The position numbers and the translations under genes are program-made. Shown piece after piece: positions 10,540 to 18,577 of a DNA stretch of 64,000 nt. The notes under the pieces were generated by a model that worked only from the letters and a program-made list of their open reading frames with translations, did no database searches and was not told where the DNA came from. Source of the stretch: a virus; IMG/VR virus record IMGVR_UViG_3300010885_064671; one strand, given 5' to 3'. Numbering within the stretch: position 1 is the stretch's first letter; the number at the start of each line of letters is the position of its first letter.

Positions 10540-11282
10540 GGCTTAATCCACCACTGTTTATTCTCATGTCTAACAAATCCTATCTCTACCAACAATGGAT
10601 CCCAGTCCCATTCGAATCTATTATTAATAGCAAGATGCATAGGGATAGAGTTCCCGTGTTCTAGATCCCCAATACCAAATGCATTGTTAGGTATAAATAC
10701 ACCATCTTTTCTAAGGCAAGCAAAAACTGCACGCGCCCAATCTTCAACGTTAACAACATGTTCTAAGAAATCTAGAGCCACAACTGCATCAAAACAATCA
10801 CTACCCAGTTTTGGTTCAAAATTATCCGTAAAAAGAGTTTCTATATTATAATTCCTATATGTTTCACCTCTTTTAAATCTAAACTGTGCAAAACCTGCAG
10901 TCTTGCTATTTTTTAGATCATGATACGTTGGGTTCAAACCCTCTTCGGCCATCCTAATGCAAAGGCTACCAATTCCATCTCCGATACTAAGAACATCTTT
11001 CTTGCCGGAATTCACAAGCCCTAAAGATATACCTTCACACATACCAGAGTAATTAAACCCGGGATCAAGATGGTAGGCGGAAAGCTCCCAAATATAAGAG
11101 TCCGTATTCCTATACCAGGATAACAAAGAATCTGGGTTATTGACATCTGTATTGGCATCATTAAAATCTTTTGCTACTTCATGATGATTGTAGTGAAATC
11201 CTTTTTCTAATCTCTGTCTAGTATACCCTTCTGGTACCTTGAGAAATTCTGCTATATCTTTTGTTTGTATCTCAATATCCAT
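10536..11282 (-). CDS. Class I SAM-dependent methyltransferase
   Basis: VLSIGDGIGSLCIRMAEEG (motif I), FDAVVALDFLEHV, LRKDGVF. Confidence 0.75.
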   Translation of the reverse strand: MDIEIQTKDIAEFLKVPEGYTRQRLEKGFHYNHHEVAKDFNDANTDVNNPDSLLSWYRNTDSYIWELSAYHLDPGFNYSGMCEGISLGLVNSGKKDVLSIGDGIGSLCIRMAEEGLNPTYHDLKNSKTAGFAQFRFKRGETYRNYNIETLFTDNFEPKLGSDCFDAVVALDFLEHVVNVEDWARAVFACLRKDGVFIPNNAFGIGDLEHGNSIPMHLAINNRFEWDWDPLLVEIGFVRHENKQWWIKP

Positions 11283-12062
11283 TTATGCTCCAAATTTAGT
11301 AGTAATTACATTGCCTTCTATTTGATTTTTAGGTGGTAATTCTTTTCTTACCAACATTCTTTGCACCCATCTATCTGTTCCATTATATCGTGGTTGGAAT
11401 GGTTTACGACCATGTATTGTATTGGAATTATCAATAATCAATAGATCACCAGATTTAAGTACAATTTCTTTTGTGCATTTTTGTATAGCCGAATTTAATT
11501 CGGACAAAGCTAACTGAGCATATTCATTAATACCCTGCATAAAGAAGCTGTCGTAAACAATTGTAAAATTTTTACCATCAGTGCTTAAGATCGGGATAAT
11601 AAACTCTTGCTGTATTTCACCGTGTGATCTGAAGCTATCATCTATTGCTGTTTTATACCAAGGTTTTTTTAATGTCTCTATAACCTGGATTGATAGTAGC
11701 TCAACAATATCTTCTACGTTTGCGTAAGTTGTTATCGCACTAGGATCGCCCCTTAGACAAAGTAGCAAAACATAATCCGGCTTATAGGGATGGAAAGCAC
11801 TTTCCGTATGCAATGCTAGTTCAACTTTTGATGAGGAAGAAATTTGTTCGTATTCAGTTTTGTGAACAGGAACAATATTCTGTATTAATTGTCCATCTTG
11901 CTCTTGAGCGTAGGCTACTGGATAACCCAGTTGATGCCCGTAGTGCAGTAATGTTGCTGCTGGTATTTTGACTAGCAGCTCATTGGTTGAGCGACCATTA
12001 GGTATTGATGGCGTTTTAGGTACAGCCCCAATACCTACGCCACCATGTAATTTAACTCCCAT
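11283..12062 (-). CDS. Fe(II)/2-oxoglutarate oxygenase, clavaminate-synthase-like (VioC/AsnO-type amino-acid hydroxylase family)
   Basis: LALHTESAFHPYKPDYVLLLCLRGDP (HxE facial-triad motif) and IDNSNTIHGRKPF (distal His/Arg). Confidence 0.7.
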   Translation of the reverse strand: MGVKLHGGVGIGAVPKTPSIPNGRSTNELLVKIPAATLLHYGHQLGYPVAYAQEQDGQLIQNIVPVHKTEYEQISSSSKVELALHTESAFHPYKPDYVLLLCLRGDPSAITTYANVEDIVELLSIQVIETLKKPWYKTAIDDSFRSHGEIQQEFIIPILSTDGKNFTIVYDSFFMQGINEYAQLALSELNSAIQKCTKEIVLKSGDLLIIDNSNTIHGRKPFQPRYNGTDRWVQRMLVRKELPPKNQIEGNVITTKFGA

Positions 12063-12063
12063 G

Positions 12064-12294
12064 TTAACCCGATAAAACTTTCCCTATTAGGAAATATAAT
12101 TTTGTTAGATCTTCTTGAGTTATACTAAAAACAAAATCTTTATTTTCTCTGGTATTAACAACAAAAGAATGTGCGTGGATTAATTCCCCTTCAGTGTTTA
12201 GCATGGCGGTGCTGTGGGAAACAGTGATCTGTTTAACCATTGGCATGAAGCCGCTAAAAGAATTATTTTCAATCATAAATTTCTTCAAAAACAT
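12064..12294 (-). CDS. Hypothetical protein
   Basis: 76-aa ORF with an ATG start, tightly packed upstream of the oxygenase gene. Confidence 0.4.
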   Translation of the reverse strand: MFLKKFMIENNSFSGFMPMVKQITVSHSTAMLNTEGELIHAHSFVVNTRENKDFVFSITQEDLTKLYFLIGKVLSG

Positions 12295-12443
12295 TCATAC
12301 CCATAAGTATACCATCTTATGAGAAGATAAGTGTTTTTATAGTTTTGTTATTATAAGATAAATTTCAAAAATATGTAGCCCTAAATATAGAAAATTTAAA
12401 CCCCAGCTTTTAAAAGATTGTTTATTAATTGACCAGCGCATAA

Positions 12444-12647
12444 TTATTTTCCTTTACTAATTTTTCTAAGAGTCTTTGCAAGAGAAGCTTGCTTGCGAGT
12501 GAGAGGGCTGTACTTACCTGGATTCTTTGATACAGCAGCTGCCATACCTGCTACGGATTTACCGGCCTTCTTAGCTTTAGCCGTAAAAGCTCCTGGTCTT
12601 TTAATCGCTCCAGCAATCCAATTCTTATCTGATTTCTTACTTGCCAT
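12444..12647 (-). CDS. Small lysine-rich basic protein
   Basis: 67 aa, K/A/G-rich (…AKAKKAGKSVAG…KTLRKISKGK), ATG start. Confidence 0.5.
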   Translation of the reverse strand: MASKKSDKNWIAGAIKRPGAFTAKAKKAGKSVAGMAAAVSKNPGKYSPLTRKQASLAKTLRKISKGK

Positions 12648-13005
12648 CTTTAACTTTTTCTCCTGTTTTAAACTTTACATCATCTATATCAAATCCACCT
12701 AATGCGTGATCCCTAATATGGGTATCAAGCTTACCCTCTATTCTATCAACAGAATCATTTGTTTTGTCGATTGAGCGGCCGAGGCTTTTACCCAACTGCT
12801 GTATCATTGATACAACAGTTGCATGGTCTGCTTTGTTCTGCAACCATTCGGACCTTGCTTCTTCACCGCGCTTTTTTCCAGCTTTATAAACAAATTGTAG
12901 ATATGCTACTGCAATAAGACTACATGCAGTAATTAAAGTTACAATAATATTTTGCCAGTTGGTCATGTCGGCCGCTGGAGTAATAAGAGTTTCAGACCCA
13001 AACAT
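12637..13005 (-). CDS. Membrane protein next to the endolysin (holin/spanin-like candidate)
   Basis: One clear TM segment (IIVTLITACSLIAVAYLQFVY) followed by a charged tail. TAATG junction with the endolysin gene. Confidence 0.45.
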   Translation of the reverse strand: MFGSETLITPAADMTNWQNIIVTLITACSLIAVAYLQFVYKAGKKRGEEARSEWLQNKADHATVVSMIQQLGKSLGRSIDKTNDSVDRIEGKLDTHIRDHALGGFDIDDVKFKTGEKVKDGK

Positions 13006-13759
13006 TACTTAAGGCCAAGCAGTTCTTCTACCTTCGGTCCAACAACCGAATCTGCATTGAGCTTATTGGCTACCTTAAAAGCTTTCACTGCTGCATCGGT
13101 CGCAGCGTCTTTCTGACCATTGATTAGACCCTTATAGAACCCCTTAGCCTTCAGAGCCTCTTGTAGAGCTTTGTGGTCATGGATAGGCGGTGTTGTGTTT
13201 AGGTTGACAATTGGTGCTACTCCGCCCATAAATGCTGCAACCGCAGCTGGAACATTATCTCCCGATACATAACGCAAATGCCATGGCTCTTCTGGAACAA
13301 CCTCCCACGAAAAACCAAAATCCTTAACATTAGCTATTAACCAATTAAGACGTTTAGGGTTGCCAGCATCACTAACATCAACTGCAATCCCGCAAGTTGT
13401 GCTGACTGGAACCCGGAGCAGCTAAGGGGGCGTTACCCTTTTTCAAATACCACTTCTTACCTTCATAAGTTCTTGTGCTCGAGCCGGCAATTTCTGCCAA
13501 CTGATAGCGCTGCATAAAGCCAGCAAGCTGCTGCTCTAGGGTTCTATATGTATCTCCGTGAAGAAGTTGGCTTTAGCTCAATGCCTTCAGCTGCAGCCTT
13601 GGTAACCATAGCTAGCCATGCATTTGCGGCAAGCTTGTGTAGCTTTCCTCCGCCCGGTATCGATACCAAAAGATTAGCTGGCAATTTCCCTGGAGTTACC
13701 CCTTTTAGATCTGCGGGCAACTTAACTGGAACGATGTAATCCCATGCAACCTTGCTCAT
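13005..13759 (-). CDS. Endolysin: VanY/M15-type D-Ala-D-Ala peptidase + C-terminal PG_binding_1 domain. It spans three frames joined by two +1 shifts at CGG (13558..13556 and 13392..13390).
   Basis: Segment 1 ends ...ELKPTSS. Segment 2 is GDTYRTLEQQLAGFMQRYQ...APGSSQHNL. Segment 3 is GIAVDVSDAGNPKRLNWLIANVKDFGFSWEVVPEEPWHLRYVSG... then ALKAKGFYKGLINGQKDAATDAAVKAFK. The reconstructed motif is SQHNLGIAVD...EPWH. Confidence 0.8.
13390..13392 (-). other. Candidate +1 recoding site (TTG CGG GAT read as TTG c GGG ATT)
   Basis: The shift places Gly exactly at the conserved G of SxHxxGxAxD. The 0 frame stops 3 codons later (TGA). Confidence 0.7.
13556..13558 (-). other. Candidate +1 recoding site (TCA CGG AGA read as TCA c GGA GAT)
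   Basis: The 0 frame stops 3 codons later (TAG). The +1 frame carries the conserved peptidase core. Confidence 0.65.
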
Positions 13760-13849
13760 AAAATAATCCTATCTTTGGAATAAATGGCTTTATATATTAG
13801 TAACTTTTATTTGCCAAAAAACCATGATTATCCATCAACATTGTAACAT

Positions 13850-13879
13850 AAAAAAAACCCCCACCTTTAAGGGTGGGGG
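13850..13879 (-). terminator. Rho-independent terminator (minus-strand orientation)
   Basis: 8-bp GC stem cccccacc/ggtggggg with a 6-nt loop, followed on the minus strand by a run of 8 T. It lies just after the stop of 13897..14148. Confidence 0.7.
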
Positions 13880-13896
13880 TTTAAATTATGAAAGAA

Positions 13897-14148
13897 TTAT
13901 TTCTTACCTTTTCCGGTACCAATCTTGCCCAAAACTTTTATTGGACGCTTAGCCATATTCATCTGACCAGAAGTAGCTGTTGGCTTAGGTGCAGTTACAC
14001 CTTTGCCTGCAGGCGTAATAACTTTGTTAGTGCCCGCTTGTTTAATCGGACGCATTGCCATTTTAGCTTGGCCTGGTGTAGCGGTAGGATCTGGTGCACT
14101 AAGCGAACCGCCTCCGCCCATTTTACTTTTTGATTTCTTCATAGCCAT
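13897..14148 (-). CDS. Small basic K/G/P/A-rich protein
   Basis: 83 aa. AAGGAG sits 11 nt upstream of the ATG. A terminator follows. Confidence 0.55.
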   Translation of the reverse strand: MAMKKSKSKMGGGGSLSAPDPTATPGQAKMAMRPIKQAGTNKVITPAGKGVTAPKPTATSGQMNMAKRPIKVLGKIGTGKGKK

Positions 14149-14152
14149 AATC

Positions 14153-14272
14153 CTATTTCTCCTTGGTTTTTTTATTAGTTTTTTTAACTGTAGCTTTTTT
14201 TTTAGCTACACTTTTAGTTTTATTTGCCACCTGCTTTTCAACAGAAGGTATGCTTTGTATGTATTTAGACAT
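14153..14272 (-). CDS. Very small lysine-rich protein (39 aa, below the ORF-track cutoff)
   Basis: MSKYIQSIPSVEKQVANKTKSVAKKKATVKKTNKKTKEK, with an AAGGGA RBS-like element upstream. Confidence 0.4.
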   Translation of the reverse strand: MSKYIQSIPSVEKQVANKTKSVAKKKATVKKTNKKTKEK

Positions 14273-14292
14273 AGTAACTATATTCCCTTAAA

Positions 14293-14454
14293 TTACTTCA
14301 TTCTTTTATAATTAGGTTTTGTAGTGCCTTCTTTTTTCTTGGGACCTTGTTTTTTAGCATCTGTTACTAATTTTGTTGATGGTTTACCTGCAAGAATAAG
14401 GGTAGCTGGTGCTGTTTTTTTTACATTTGTTAATTTACCCTTTTTAGCGGCCAT
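14293..14454 (-). CDS. Very small lysine-rich protein (53 aa)
   Basis: MAAKKGKLTNVKKTAPATLILAGKPSTKLVTDAKKQGPKKKEGTTKPNYKRMK, with an AAGGGA RBS-like element upstream. Confidence 0.4.
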   Translation of the reverse strand: MAAKKGKLTNVKKTAPATLILAGKPSTKLVTDAKKQGPKKKEGTTKPNYKRMK

Positions 14455-14455
14455 C

Positions 14456-14590
14456 TTATTTTCCCTTTTTCTTCTTAGCTATAGCTGCCTGTATAAACGG
14501 AGGAAGCTTCTTCTGCGATGCTGTCATACCAGCTTTTGCGGCTGGTGCCGGTACTTTTGCCATTTTTTTTGGTTGTTTTTTCATAGCCAT
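14456..14590 (-). CDS. Very small lysine-rich protein (44 aa)
   Basis: MAMKKQPKKMAKVPAPAAKAGMTASQKKLPPFIQAAIAKKKKGK, with an AGGAG RBS upstream. Confidence 0.4.
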   Translation of the reverse strand: MAMKKQPKKMAKVPAPAAKAGMTASQKKLPPFIQAAIAKKKKGK

Positions 14591-14599
14591 TGTGTTCTC

Positions 14600-14827
14600 C
14601 TATTTGGTTTTTTTATTTGTTGTTTTATGTGGGTGATCTTTATGCCATAATTTGGCAGACTTAACACCCTGTTTTACAGTCTTGACACCAGCTACTTTGG
14701 TAAGGTCAGCTTTTTTCCAAGCGCCCTTTTTTATACCTGGATGGTCAACAATCACATCACCAGTTTTATCTGTTTTAAAAACGTGTGTAACACCTGTGAT
14801 TTTTAATTTCTTTTTTTGAGTAGCCAT
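14600..14827 (-). CDS. Small basic protein
   Basis: 75 aa, K-rich, TAATG coupling with the upstream small ORF. Confidence 0.5.
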   Translation of the reverse strand: MATQKKKLKITGVTHVFKTDKTGDVIVDHPGIKKGAWKKADLTKVAGVKTVKQGVKSAKLWHKDHPHKTTNKKTK

Positions 14828-14967
14828 TACTTTTTCTTCTTTGATTTGTTTTTGTTAACTTTAGGAGACTTAACTGGTTTTGGTGCGTTCTTTAATTCAA
14901 CGCCGTACATAAAATTATTTTGGCCCATTCTAGGACCAGATATATAAATACGATTTCCCATAACCAT
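14827..14967 (-). CDS. Very small basic protein (about 44-46 aa)
   Basis: M(VM)GNRIYISGPRMGQNNFMYGVELKNAPKPVKSPKVNKNKSKKKK, with TAATG junctions at both ends. Confidence 0.35.
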   Translation of the reverse strand: MVMGNRIYISGPRMGQNNFMYGVELKNAPKPVKSPKVNKNKSKKKK

Positions 14968-15059
14968 TATTTTTTTTCTTTCTGTGCTGGTGGTTCACCT
15001 AAAACTTTTACAGGTGCTGAATTACCCTTAGAAACTTTTCTAAATTTAGCTAAAGACAT
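14967..15059 (-). CDS. Very small basic protein (30 aa)
   Basis: MSLAKFRKVSKGNSAPVKVLGEPPAQKEKK. Weak RBS, so this is speculative. Confidence 0.3.
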   Translation of the reverse strand: MSLAKFRKVSKGNSAPVKVLGEPPAQKEKK

Positions 15060-15065
15060 AGCTAT

Positions 15066-15335
15066 TTATTTAGTGGTTTTTTTTGGCTTAGCTTTTGCTG
15101 TTGGAGCTTTTGGTGCTGTTTTCTTTTTTGCATCTGATACAGCTTTTGTAGTTTCTTTTTTAGCATTCTTGGCAATATTGCTTGCAGCTACCTTAGCAAT
15201 AACAGCAACATCTTCTGCTTGATTTACTAATTCATCCAGCATTTTTGCCTGAGCTTTAGCGGCCGGACTATTTGGGTCTATTTTTTCAACACTGAAAAGA
15301 ACTGCTTTAAGTTTACTTGCTATTTTCTTAAACAT
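15066..15335 (-). CDS. Small A/K-rich basic protein
   Basis: 89 aa with a C-terminal tail KKKTAPKAPTAKAKPKKTTK. GAGG RBS upstream. Confidence 0.5.
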   Translation of the reverse strand: MFKKIASKLKAVLFSVEKIDPNSPAAKAQAKMLDELVNQAEDVAVIAKVAASNIAKNAKKETTKAVSDAKKKTAPKAPTAKAKPKKTTK

Positions 15336-15416
15336 TTTTACCTCTGTTTGTATTTGGTTTGAATAATAATAGTAACATTATACTATGTAATATAGTAACT
15401 TGTAAAGTATTTTTTG

Positions 15417-15734
15417 CTATTTACCCTGCTGTGTATCTTTAATCAGGGAATATCTCTCCCCAGTTTCCCTAGAGACTAAAGAAAACGCTTCTGCCGCGCT
15501 CTTTTTAACTGCTTCAGAAAGAGCATCTATATCAGAAGCCTCTACACCAGACAAGGGAACTGTAAGGCAGGCGAAAATATCTATGTTCTCAAAATTGCCT
15601 ATATTTACTTTTCTGCCTACAGCTACAGTAAGGACTGGGTCTGTGGTAACGGTTACCTTTTGGTGAGTAGCTACAGTTGAATCCATAATTGGATTAAACG
15701 ATTGTTCTGCTGGACTTTCATTTATTTTAGGCAT
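15417..15734 (-). CDS. Hypothetical protein
   Basis: 105-aa ORF with an ATG start that overlaps the upstream gene's 3' end by 8 nt. Confidence 0.5.
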   Translation of the reverse strand: MPKINESPAEQSFNPIMDSTVATHQKVTVTTDPVLTVAVGRKVNIGNFENIDIFACLTVPLSGVEASDIDALSEAVKKSAAEAFSLVSRETGERYSLIKDTQQGK

Positions 15735-16524
15735 TTGTGACTGATCCTATTCCGAGACACTCAAGAGTTGCCTCTACCTGTTGTTGTAAATTCATATTAT
15801 TTGTATCTATTATAGCAGATGCCAATGATCTTACCTCATCACAATCTTGCTCTGAACTATGGCCAGAATGATTCGATGACATTAACTGGCCGTCTCGTTT
15901 TATCAATCTGTCATCCAAAGTATCTTTGTCCGCATCAAAACTGATAACGAATCCGTTTGGTTGCTTCAATATACTTAAGGCCTCATTTTTATATCTAACA
16001 TCTGAAACAATAATACACATAGGCGTTAATGTGTCGGAGTATTTATCTGAATCCTCAGAGCGCCTAATAAACTGTCTATATAATTTATTGGCCTTAATAA
16101 TACCCCATGTAGAGAAACAGTTGCTATCAAACTCCCTACAAATATCACCAGCCTGCTGGAGAAAACCTCTAGGCTTTGTGCCTTCTAAGTCTATTGGAAG
16201 ATTATATATTTCTTTTACTTTTTTCACCAAGACGTCGTAATGCGGCATGTTGCCTATTGAGCTTCCCCCATAAACCTCATACAATACTTCATGAAGTGCA
16301 TGCAACTTTCTCGACTCTTCATTAATGCCAATTATGTTTCTTCTAATAGAAGCCATCTCGTAAAGTGGCAATGCGTAAAATATATGATCCCACAAAACTC
16401 CATATTTTACTAATTCCATAGAACCTTTAGGAATAATAGATTCTGCTACAGATGTTTTCCCGCTTCCAGCTTTTCCGGATAGACCAAGAATAATAGGTTG
16501 ATTGTGATGATCGTATATTTTCAT
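15727..16524 (-). CDS. P-loop NTPase, dNMP-kinase-like
   Basis: Walker A GLSGKAGSGKTS near the N-terminus. I preferred the ATG at 16524 to the track's GTG at 16530. Confidence 0.5.
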   Translation of the reverse strand: MKIYDHHNQPIILGLSGKAGSGKTSVAESIIPKGSMELVKYGVLWDHIFYALPLYEMASIRRNIIGINEESRKLHALHEVLYEVYGGSSIGNMPHYDVLVKKVKEIYNLPIDLEGTKPRGFLQQAGDICREFDSNCFSTWGIIKANKLYRQFIRRSEDSDKYSDTLTPMCIIVSDVRYKNEALSILKQPNGFVISFDADKDTLDDRLIKRDGQLMSSNHSGHSSEQDCDEVRSLASAIIDTNNMNLQQQVEATLECLGIGSVTNA

Positions 16525-16541
16525 ATACACAGTATATCAGC

Positions 16542-16973
16542 TTATTGGTGTGTTTGTTTGTTTCTAATTTCCAACTCGTCTAAAAATGCATTTGCCAAAG
16601 CATCAGGCTCCCATACAAAAGATCTAGGAACTTGCAATATTCTAAAATTATACTCAGATCTTATATCTTCTATCGTCATCAACAATGGTATTAAAAGTTT
16701 ATTTTTGCATTCCCATTTTCCAGATATTTGATTTGCGACAACCGCAGAATCAGTATATATAATGGGGTCTACTAAATCTGCCATTGCAGATATTAAAAGA
16801 CCAGCTATAACCGCTTCGTATTCAGCCTCATTATTCCCTCTTGGACCAAGTCCTCTTGAAAATTGAGCTATTTTTTTTCTATTTTTATATACAACAACAG
16901 AGCACGCTGCTTCCCCAACTTTTTTTTGACCTTGCCCCCTTGATGCACCATCACAAAATACTTCAAAGTTCAT
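16542..16973 (-). CDS. Ribonuclease H (RNase HI-like)
   Basis: VFCDGASRGQG...GEAACSVVVY...GNNEAEYEAVIAGLL...IYTDSAVVANQISGKW matches the DEDD-type RNase H pattern. Confidence 0.8.
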   Translation of the reverse strand: MNFEVFCDGASRGQGQKKVGEAACSVVVYKNRKKIAQFSRGLGPRGNNEAEYEAVIAGLLISAMADLVDPIIYTDSAVVANQISGKWECKNKLLIPLLMTIEDIRSEYNFRILQVPRSFVWEPDALANAFLDELEIRNKQTHQ

Positions 16974-17182
16974 TAGTCAACTTTCACATTGCAAGGTATT
17001 CCCAGCTCAGTTGCCCTATCTAGCACATTCTTTTCCTGGGTAATACCATTGGCCATGTGCGTTGCAGACAAGAGATACCTTTCGCCTTTATATTCTACCT
17101 GTGTTGGAAAATCTAAATTTTCTCTTTTTTGGGAATAAAATTCCTTGGCTTTATTAACCGCTTTATAATAACCTATAAACAT
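16973..17182 (-). CDS. Hypothetical protein
   Basis: 69-aa ORF with a TAATG junction. Confidence 0.45.
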   Translation of the reverse strand: MFIGYYKAVNKAKEFYSQKRENLDFPTQVEYKGERYLLSATHMANGITQEKNVLDRATELGIPCNVKVD

Positions 17183-17193
17183 ATATATCTCCT

Positions 17194-17709
17194 CTAATAT
17201 GTAGTAAAATCACTTTCGAGATAATGACCTTTACTTTCTCTAGATGCAGCTATCTGCATTGATTGCACTTTGTCCATTAGTTTTCTGGCAGACTCAGAAG
17301 CTATTCTAGCTGCGCCTTCCATGGATTCTGCTAAACTCAATATTGCTTCACAAGTTATAAGAGCAGAGTACTCGTCTTCAGCTGCCTCCATTGCGGCGGC
17401 TTCTCTTTCTGCTTCATTCTTTCCAACTCTAGAAGATTTATACTTTTTCTTATATTTACCTTCCATAAGCTTATAGTTTGCTCTAGCCATACCAGCAAAT
17501 CTTGCGGCTCTACCATAAACATTTGAAGTTTTAGCTACCAAAGATGCAAGATTATCAAGACCAAGGTCTATCGTATCTTCGTCTGGTATCTCTATGAAGT
17601 ATTTATTACTTAATCCTGACTCGGCATAGGAGGTTATCACTTCCTGGATTTGTGGTCCAAGAAAGTCGGATAATAACTGTTGTAATTTTTCTAGAGTTTG
17701 GTTATTCAT
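17194..17709 (-). CDS. Hypothetical protein (helical/coiled-coil-like)
   Basis: 171-aa ORF with an ATGA junction to the sigma-like gene. Confidence 0.5.
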   Translation of the reverse strand: MNNQTLEKLQQLLSDFLGPQIQEVITSYAESGLSNKYFIEIPDEDTIDLGLDNLASLVAKTSNVYGRAARFAGMARANYKLMEGKYKKKYKSSRVGKNEAEREAAAMEAAEDEYSALITCEAILSLAESMEGAARIASESARKLMDKVQSMQIAASRESKGHYLESDFTTY

Positions 17710-18577
17710 TTATCTTTCCTTTTTAAATTTAGCTCTTTTATTAACCCAGCCATTTCTGGATCATCTAATATTATTTCTTGCAATTTTAATCTTGCGTTCT
17801 TTAAATGCTCCCTTACTGTATTGGGATGCTCATTTATTTTAAGGGATATTTCACTTGATCTTTTGCCATCTATATATCTCCATTTTATTAACTGTCTTTC
17901 TTGGATAGTCAATTTATCAAATGGTGGAAAATTATTATCTCCAGCCACCCAAGATTCATCTATATCCTCAGCTGCCAACAAAGATTCCATAGAATATTCT
18001 TTTGGTTCAGCTTTAAAACCTACTTGAAAATTTTCACTATCAGGATCTGTATCGGCGTCGTCATCAATGAGTGGAAATGTTTTTCTTCCTAATTGATCTA
18101 TTAAAAATATATCTACGTTTTTCTTTAAAAGATAAAAGAAATAACTATACAAGAACCCGGCTAAAAGGTATTGGTCCTTTTGCGGAATCTTTCTTCTCAT
18201 ACCTATTAATGCATTGGAAGAAGGTTACATCTATAGTCTGACGAATATCCTCCTCTGCTCCGTATCGTTTAGCCATGTATACTATACCACCCATTATGTC
18301 TGAAACTTCTTTATGGTCTTTTTTAGCTAATTTATTTCTCATCAAAGAAGTTCTAACATAAGGATTTTTTACAAAAAGACTTATGAACCTTCTGATATCA
18401 TAGTCGGCTAAATTATATCTACCATAATAGATCAAAGCAACATACTTACTTAGGAAATTGCTGAATACTTTTAGCAACTCTAACTTAGCTTTATGGTCAC
18501 CGGCCTTTTGCTTTGGCTATTAACTCCTGCATCTCGTGCTCTTCGAGCGTGTAATACTGCTCTTTATATGCAGCCAT
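17706..18577 (-). CDS. Sigma-70-family RNA polymerase sigma factor. It spans three frames joined by two +1 shifts at CGG (18502..18500 and 18159..18157).
   Basis: MAAYKEQYYTLEEHEMQELIAKAKG | GDHKAKLELLKVFSNFLSKYVAL...DIRQTIDVTFFQCINRYEKKDSAKGPIPFS | GFLYSYFFYLLKKNV...LTIQERQLIKWRYIDGKRSSEISLKINEHPNTVREHLKNARLKLQ. This covers region 2 through a region 4 HTH. Confidence 0.7.
18157..18159 (-). other. Candidate +1 recoding site (AGC CGG GTT read as AGC c GGG TTC)
   Basis: The 0 frame stops 3 codons later. The +1 frame continues into the region 2/4 segments. Confidence 0.6.
18500..18502 (-). other. Candidate +1 recoding site (GGC CGG TGA read as GGC c GGT GAC)
   Basis: The CGG is followed directly by a 0-frame stop. 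The shift creates the G-D of the sigma N-terminal 'AKAGD'-like motif. Confidence 0.65.

Noticed and set aside
13005-13759. Treating the split endolysin, sigma factor, Cas4-like nuclease, fibre and hydrolase genes as ordinary pseudogenes
   Set aside because: Eight independent lesions would all have to be the same 1-nt event at the same codon (frame-0 CGG). There are no other stops, deletions or signs of decay, and the downstream frames stay open for up to about 1578 codons. Decay would give mixed lesion types. It is kept as the null hypothesis, to be tested by resequencing and proteomics.
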